Shown one piece after another: positions 58,849-64,000 of a stretch of DNA of 64,000 nt. Both the position numbers and the translations under genes were made by a program. Position 1 is the stretch's first letter. Every line of letters begins with the position of its first letter. The notes below the pieces were generated by a model. That model saw nothing but the letters and a program-made list of their open reading frames with translations. It ran no database searches and had not been told where the DNA came from. The stretch covers positions 7,472 through 71,471 of the forward strand of contig CAXTRY010000005.1 of assembly GCA_964246805.1 (NCBI GenBank). Reading direction: 5' to 3'. This stretch comes from an uncultured Acidobacteriaceae bacterium. Lineage in GTDB: Bacteria > Acidobacteriota > Terriglobia > Terriglobales > Acidobacteriaceae.

Positions 58849-59463
58849 TTAGACTGGGATTGACTCGGGTGCCTGTGTGGGCTGCATCGGCGCTTGCTTC
58901 TTCGGAGCCGCCGGCTGCTGTACTTCCGCCTTCTTTGCGGGCGCAATGATGGCGTGTAGTGTTGTTCCTTCCATGCGCGGCATGAACTCCACCAATCCGC
59001 TCTCTCCAATGTCCAGGATTAGCCGGTTGATGATCTTGTAGCCCAGATCGCGATGCGCCATTTGACGTCCCTTGAAGCGCAGCGAAGCTTTCACCTTATC
59101 GCCTTCGCCCAAAAATCGTACAGCCTGATTTTTCTTCGTCTGGTAATCGTGCTCATCGACGGTGACCGAAAACTTCACCTCTTTGATGACAATAATCTTC
59201 TGCTTTTTGCGCGCCGCTCGTTCCGACTTATCCTTCTCGTACAGATATTTGCCGTAATCCTGGATTTTGCACACCGGCGGAACCGCGTTCGGTGAAATCT
59301 CCACCAGGTCCAGCGTCCGCTCCCGAGCGATCTTTAACGCTTCAAACGGCAGCATAACTCCCAGTTGCTCGCCATTCTCGTCGATGACGCGAACTTCGCG
59401 CGCGCGGATTCGTTCGTTGGTACGGATGAAAGACTTTGCAGCTCGTTTATCGATCGGTGGGAT
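58849..59463 (-). CDS. infC: translation initiation factor IF-3 with non-AUG (ATC) start
   Basis: Frame extends upstream of the tracked ORF through IRTNERIRAREVRVID to ATC at 59463, 6 nt after GGAGG; DLVEISP and VCKIQDYGK motifs. Confidence 0.93.
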   Translation of the reverse strand: MPPIDKRAAKSFIRTNERIRAREVRVIDENGEQLGVMLPFEALKIARERTLDLVEISPNAVPPVCKIQDYGKYLYEKDKSERAARKKQKIIVIKEVKFSVTVDEHDYQTKKNQAVRFLGEGDKVKASLRFKGRQMAHRDLGYKIINRLILDIGESGLVEFMPRMEGTTLHAIIAPAKKAEVQQPAAPKKQAPMQPTQAPESIPV

Positions 59464-59716
59464 AGGTCGCCTCCACGGCGGGTATCAAACCTCGCCATGC
59501 AAAATGGATGGATTGACGCGCAGCCGTCATGGTGCGTCGCGGTAATCTAGAGTGTAACATCGACTACATTCAGCTTGTTACGCAACCCTGGAAAGCTGGC
59601 CGGGCTAATCTGATAATCGGGAACATTGGACAACTGCGGCCGGTCAAGGCAAGATCGAACCGAATCACTGTAAGCTTGTCCGACGTGCCCAACGAAACAT
59701 CGAGGAGTGCACTTCC

Positions 59717-60193
59717 ATGAAACGAAGAATCCTGCTGGTCGACGATGAAGTCGCCATCCTCCTTACTCTAAAAGCAGTTCTTGAGATTAGCGGCTTCCAG
59801 GTCGATACCGCCGCCTCCGCCAAAGAGGCCAAGCTCCAGCTGAAGAAAACTCCGTATGCGATGGTCATTACCGACATGCGGATGGAAAACGATGAAGCCG
59901 GCCGCCAGGTCATCCGTGCCGCCCGCGCCGCGGAATATCATCCGGCGGTCGCCTTGCTGACCGCCTTCCCGGTAGCCGAGGAAGACTGGCAGGAGATGGG
60001 TGCCGACAATATGCTCGTCAAGCCCATGCAGATTCAGGTCTTGATCCAACAGATTGAAACGCTGCTTAAAACCCACGAGGCAAAGCGAGCCGCGCAATCC
60101 AATGGTGCACCGGTCCCCCCGTCACTTCCCAGTGCCGCGCCCAAGCCTAAGAGAACAGCCAAGAAGGCAGCCAGTAAATCACCAAAATCATAG
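59717..60193 (+). CDS. single-domain response regulator
   Basis: ILLVDDE, ITDMRM, LLTAF and KP motifs; Pro/Lys-rich tail. Confidence 0.9.
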   Translation: MKRRILLVDDEVAILLTLKAVLEISGFQVDTAASAKEAKLQLKKTPYAMVITDMRMENDEAGRQVIRAARAAEYHPAVALLTAFPVAEEDWQEMGADNMLVKPMQIQVLIQQIETLLKTHEAKRAAQSNGAPVPPSLPSAAPKPKRTAKKAASKSPKS

Positions 60194-60196
60194 TCT

Positions 60197-60460
60197 TCAG
60201 GTATGCAGCTTCAAGTAGGATCGCAGATCCTGATTGATTACCAACGCCTTTTTTACGCCGGTATCCAGCATCCCCAGCCAATCGCTCGCTGGTTCCTGTA
60301 ATCCAACCGTGCTTAGCAAATAGCTGGTCTGCACAATAATCTCAAGCGCATTGCTCAAGTCGTGCGCCAGCCGCCTGACCTCTGCTCCTACCGCTGCCGG
60401 AACCTTTTCGATGCTCTCAACCATTTCCGTTGGCTCTATAGGCTTTGTCATAGCCGCCAT
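60197..60460 (-). CDS. small stand-alone HisKA/DHp-like protein
   Basis: H-box-like RRLAHDLSNALEII; 87 aa with no ATPase domain. Confidence 0.6.
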   Translation of the reverse strand: MAAMTKPIEPTEMVESIEKVPAAVGAEVRRLAHDLSNALEIIVQTSYLLSTVGLQEPASDWLGMLDTGVKKALVINQDLRSYLKLHT

Positions 60461-60599
60461 ACCCTCTTTCGTGTTTCAGATCGTCTGCTCCAAAGTGTAA
60501 GGCAAGCCGGCGTCTCATTGACAGACACGGACCACTTTGAAAGACTGAATCTGCACAGTTGTGGAACTGCGGCGCATCCAGGCCCTGGTCCACGGCATT

Positions 60600-60686
60600 G
60601 CCGTAGTGGCGGAATTGGCAGACGCGCATGGTTCAGGTCCATGTACTCGCAAGGGTGTGGGGGTTCGAGTCCCCCCTTCGGCACCA
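60600..60686 (+). tRNA. tRNA-Leu(CAG)
   Basis: GCCGTAG...GGCAGACGC, anticodon arm CATGG-TTCAGGT-CCATG, long variable arm, GGTTCGAGTCC, 3' ACCA. Confidence 0.96.
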
Positions 60687-60752
60687 AATCTTCTCGTAGC
60701 GGCGTCCCTTGGAACACCGTCGTCCTTTTAACTACACAGGAGTCTGGCCGTT

Positions 60753-61556
60753 TTGAGCGATCGCCTCAAGCACATCCTCCAACAGACCCTCGTCGATCTA
60801 GGCCAGCGGCTCGCAAACGCCGACCTCCGCGAACTGGAGCGCCGCGCCGCCGTTTATCAGCCCCGCGGCTTTGCCGGCCATCTCCGAACCGTCTCCCAGA
60901 CAGCTCCCGCCATTATTGCCGAACTCAAGAAAGCCTCTCCTTCGAAAGGTCTTATTCGCCCCGACTTTGACCCAGCCTATCTAGCCCACAGCCTGGAACA
61001 AGCTGGAGCAGCCGCACTCTCCGTCCTCACCGATGAGCCTTTCTTCCAGGGCTCTCTCCACAACCTCGAACTCGCCTCAGCCGCCGTCCGCATCCCCTGC
61101 CTTCGCAAAGACTTTATCGTTGATCCTTTCCAAATCCTAGAAGCTCGCGCCTGCGGAGCCGACGCCATGCTTCTTATCGTTGCGGCGCACACCGACGCCA
61201 ACCTTCGCTCCTTACGCGCCTCCGCGCGCGACCATGCCCTCGATGTCCTTTGTGAAGTCCACGACGCCGAAGAACTCGAGCGCGCCCTTCTCCTCGATTG
61301 CGAAGCGATCGGCGTCAACAGCCGCGACCTCCGAGACTTCACCGTCCGCCCCGACCTGCTCTTCACCCTTGCCGAAACAATCCCCGGCACGATCCTTCGC
61401 GTAGCCGAAAGCGGCCTCTCCTCCCCGCAAGAGATCCTCCAACTTCGAGCGGCCGGCTATGACGCCTTTCTGATCGGCGAAGCCTTGATGCGCCAACCTG
61501 ACCCCAGTGCGGCTTTGTCCCACCTGCTAAGCCAGACCGCTCCGGCCGCCGTTTAG
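60753..61556 (+). CDS. trpC: indole-3-glycerol phosphate synthase
   Basis: IIAELKKASPSKG, LSVLTD, LRKDF and VAESG motifs. Confidence 0.95.
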   Translation: MSDRLKHILQQTLVDLGQRLANADLRELERRAAVYQPRGFAGHLRTVSQTAPAIIAELKKASPSKGLIRPDFDPAYLAHSLEQAGAAALSVLTDEPFFQGSLHNLELASAAVRIPCLRKDFIVDPFQILEARACGADAMLLIVAAHTDANLRSLRASARDHALDVLCEVHDAEELERALLLDCEAIGVNSRDLRDFTVRPDLLFTLAETIPGTILRVAESGLSSPQEILQLRAAGYDAFLIGEALMRQPDPSAALSHLLSQTAPAAV

Positions 61557-61558
61557 CG

Positions 61559-62218
61559 ATGTGGATTAAAATCTGCGGCAACACCAGCCTCGAAGACGCC
61601 CTCCTTGCCGCGGAATTGGGAGCCGACGCCATAGGCTTCGTTTTTGCTCCTAGCGTCCGTCAGGTTACGCCCACGCAAGCCGCCGCCATCGCCGCTCAAC
61701 TTCCCGCAAACCTCGAAACCGTGGGTGTCTTTTCCGCCTGGCCCGCCGAGCGCATCGTCGATACCGTCCAGCAAGCTAACCTCACAACGATCCAACTGCA
61801 CGGAAACCCCGACCCCGAGCTGGTCCGCACACTGCACACCCGCTTCAAGGGCCAGGTGACAATCGTTCAAGTCGTACATTGGGACATCCGACAAGATGAC
61901 CGGCAAACTCCAGCCATGGATAGGGAACTCGTCGCGCTCACAGCCATGCGAGAGGTAGACCGGGTTCTGATTGACTCTAAAGTAGGCATAGCCACGGGCG
62001 GGACCGGTACACCCTTTGATTGGAACGCCGCAGAAACCGTCTTCGCAATAAATCCGAAGACAATCCTGGCCGGGGGTCTAAACGCTGGGAATATTGAAGA
62101 TGCTATCTATCGGCTCGCACCCTGGGGAGTCGATGTAGTAAGCGGCGTGGAAGCATCACCCGGGAAGAAAGATCGAACGAAGCTACAAGCCTTCCTACAG
62201 GCCGCTCGCAAATCCTGA
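61559..62218 (+). CDS. trpF: phosphoribosylanthranilate isomerase
   Basis: IKICG, QLHG, GGTG, LAGGL and DVVSGVE motifs. Confidence 0.95.
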   Translation: MWIKICGNTSLEDALLAAELGADAIGFVFAPSVRQVTPTQAAAIAAQLPANLETVGVFSAWPAERIVDTVQQANLTTIQLHGNPDPELVRTLHTRFKGQVTIVQVVHWDIRQDDRQTPAMDRELVALTAMREVDRVLIDSKVGIATGGTGTPFDWNAAETVFAINPKTILAGGLNAGNIEDAIYRLAPWGVDVVSGVEASPGKKDRTKLQAFLQAARKS

Positions 62219-62221
62219 CCT

Positions 62222-62380
62222 CTAGTGATGCTGCTGCGCCCCACGCGCATGGATATGCGGGGATCGGTCATGAAAGAGCTGAGGCCGCATATGCGCTCCC
62301 GCCGTATGCCCATGAGTCTCGGCTATTGCCGGAGTCGCAAAGCCAACCGCCAGCACTGCAAATGCAATCAAAACCTTCAT
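62222..62380 (-). CDS. small secreted His-rich peptide
   Basis: MKVLIAFAVLAVGFATPAIA-ETHGHTAGAHMRPQLFHDRSPHIHARGAQQHH; RBS GGAGA. Confidence 0.6.
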   Translation of the reverse strand: MKVLIAFAVLAVGFATPAIAETHGHTAGAHMRPQLFHDRSPHIHARGAQQHH

Positions 62381-62561
62381 CGGGCATATCTCCACGACTA
62401 CAACTATCTGACGCGTCACCACGCCGATGGATTCACTGAACCCTGTACGCTTGGGTCACCCTTGTTAGCTCCAGAGGATTTTCTTTGAATCATGCATCAC
62501 TCACCAAAAGCCCAGCCCAAAGTTGCGCTCCGAACCGCGCCCGTGTATGGTCAAAGTCACG

Positions 62562-62648
62562 ATGAAACGCAGCCTCTTTACCGCTTGGTTTACCTTCCGC
62601 TGCTGGCGAACAGCACCGGACGCGGGCTTGGTGGAGCGGATCGTTTAG
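62562..62648 (+). CDS. putative trp leader peptide, 28 aa
   Basis: MKRSLFTAWFTFRCWRTAPDAGLVERIV*; two Trp codons; upstream of trpB. Confidence 0.7.
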   Translation: MKRSLFTAWFTFRCWRTAPDAGLVERIV

Positions 62649-62686
62649 GAAACAGTTCTTTCGATCATCAGAATCCGTACCAAGCC

Positions 62687-62715
62687 AGCCGCGACCCTAA
62701 CTGTCGCGGCTTTGT
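62687..62715 (+). terminator. attenuator terminator hairpin
   Basis: AGCCGCGAC-CCTAACT-GTCGCGGCT-TTGT. Confidence 0.7.
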
Positions 62716-62747
62716 CACGTTGCAAGCCATTGCCGGGAGAAAACCAG

Positions 62748-64000
62748 ATGAGCACAGCAGGAGTTCTAGTTGAAGAAGTGAAAGCGTCCCATACGGCGAT
62801 AGCCGGGCGCTTCGGCGCATACGGCGGTCGCTACGTTCCCGAGACCCTCATGGCCGCGCTCGAAGAGCTCGAGCACGCCTACGTCCTCGCCGACGCCGAC
62901 CCCGCCTTCCATGCCGAGCTCGACGGCCTGCTCCATCACTACTGCGGGCGCCCCACCCCGCTCTACTTCGCCAAGCGCCTGACACAGCAGCTTGGCGGCG
63001 CGCGGATCTACCTCAAGCGGGAAGATCTCCTCCATACCGGCGCGCACAAGATCAACAACGCCCTGGGCCAGGCCCTGCTCGCCCGCCGCATGGGCAAACA
63101 GCGCATCATCGCCGAAACCGGCGCGGGCCAGCACGGCGTCGCCACCGCCACCGTCTGCGCCCTTTTCGGCCTCGACTGCGTCATCTATATGGGCGACGAG
63201 GACATGCGCCGCCAAGAGCTCAACGTCTACCGCATGCGGCTGCTCGGCGCGGACGTGCGCGGCGTCAGCGGGGGCTCGGCTACCCTCAAGGACGCCATCA
63301 ACGAGGCCATGCGCGACTGGGTTACCAACGTCCGCGACACCTTTTACATCCTCGGCTCGGCCCTTGGCGCGCACCCCTACCCCACCATGGTCCGCAACTT
63401 CCACCGCGTCATCTCCCGCGAGGCCCGCGCCCAGTTCCTCTCGGAAGTTGGGGCACTCCCCACCGCCGTCATCGCCTGCGTCGGCGGCGGCTCGAACGCC
63501 ATCGGGGCCTTCTACGAGTTCCTTCCCGACACCAACGTCCAGCTGATAGGCGTCGAAGCCGGCGGGCGCGGTCCAGGGTTGGGCCAACACGCCGCCCGCT
63601 TCCAAAAGTCTCTTGGAGACCAGCCCGGAGGCGGCATCCCCGGCGTGCTGCAAGGCACCTACAGCTACGTCCTCCAGGACGACGCCGGCCAGGTCTCCCT
63701 CACCCACTCCGTCTCCGCCGGGCTCGACTACGCCTCCGTCGGCCCCGAGCACGCCATGCTCCACGACTCCGGCCGCGCCACCTACACCGCCTGCTCCGAC
63801 ACCGACGCCCTCGCCGCCACCGTCACCCTCTCGCGCACCGAAGGTATTGTCCCCGCCCTCGAAACCGCCCACGCCGTCGCCGAAGCCATCCGCCTCGCCC
63901 CTCGGATGTCCACCAGCGACATCCTCATGGTCAACCTCTCCGGCCGCGGCGACAAAGACATGGGCATCCTCGCCCGGGAACTGCACCTCGGCGGAGCACC
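62748..64000 (+). CDS. trpB: tryptophan synthase beta subunit, runs off the window end
   Basis: [36 protein letters not shown] and NLSGRGDKD motifs. Confidence 0.97.
   Translation, partial: MSTAGVLVEEVKASHTAIAGRFGAYGGRYVPETLMAALEELEHAYVLADADPAFHAELDGLLHHYCGRPTPLYFAKRLTQQLGGARIYLKREDLLHTGAHKINNALGQALLARRMGKQRIIAETGAGQHGVATATVCALFGLDCVIYMGDEDMRRQELNVYRMRLLGADVRGVSGGSATLKDAINEAMRDWVTNVRDTFYILGSALGAHPYPTMVRNFHRVISREARAQFLSEVGALPTAVIACVGGGSNAIGAFYEFLPDTNVQLIGVEAGGRGPGLGQHAARFQKSLGDQPGGGIPGVLQGTYSYVLQDDAGQVSLTHSVSAGLDYASVGPEHAMLHDSGRATYTACSDTDALAATVTLSRTEGIVPALETAHAVAEAIRLAPRMSTSDILMVNLSGRGDKDMGILARELHLGGA

Noticed and set aside
60600-60750. tRNA as an integration site
   Set aside because: No integrase or duplicated tRNA 3' end was seen, and trpC follows directly. 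The single U-U mismatch in the acceptor stem is not enough to call a pseudo-tRNA.
60362-60970. 202-aa ORF spanning the tRNA
   Set aside because: Overlaps tRNA-Leu and trpC and has no protein-like features.
62766-63986. 406-aa minus-strand ORF
   Set aside because: Antisense shadow of trpB, which is on the plus strand and is missing from the ORF track because it runs off the window.

Overview
GC-rich bacterial chromosome segment whose gene content (Oar-type TonB-dependent receptor, three CRTAC1/ASPIC-UnbV proteins, many secreted glycosidases) points to Acidobacteriota, Granulicella/Terriglobus-like (inference). It contains an MBOAT/SGNH/ACP acylation operon, glgP, a carbohydrate-utilisation region, housekeeping genes (alr, dnaB, msrA, dinB, sthA, purA, mutM, rpsA, infC, tRNA-Leu, trpC/F/B) and several accessory inserts. 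The most notable element is a compact RiPP cluster at about 49.9-54.2 kb between purA and mutM. It has a lasso-type leader precursor with an Ile-rich core, an HPr-kinase-like kinase, a YydG/EpeE-like radical SAM epimerase candidate, a PqqD/RRE, a nucleotidyltransferase and a lasso B2 peptidase, but no lasso cyclase. Also notable: a secreted two-Cys peptide paired with a polytopic membrane protein (candidate signalling system), a TIMP-like gene next to a broken matrixin-like gene, a trp leader peptide and attenuator upstream of trpB, and an ATC-initiated infC. All family assignments come from motif recognition by eye; no database searches were run.
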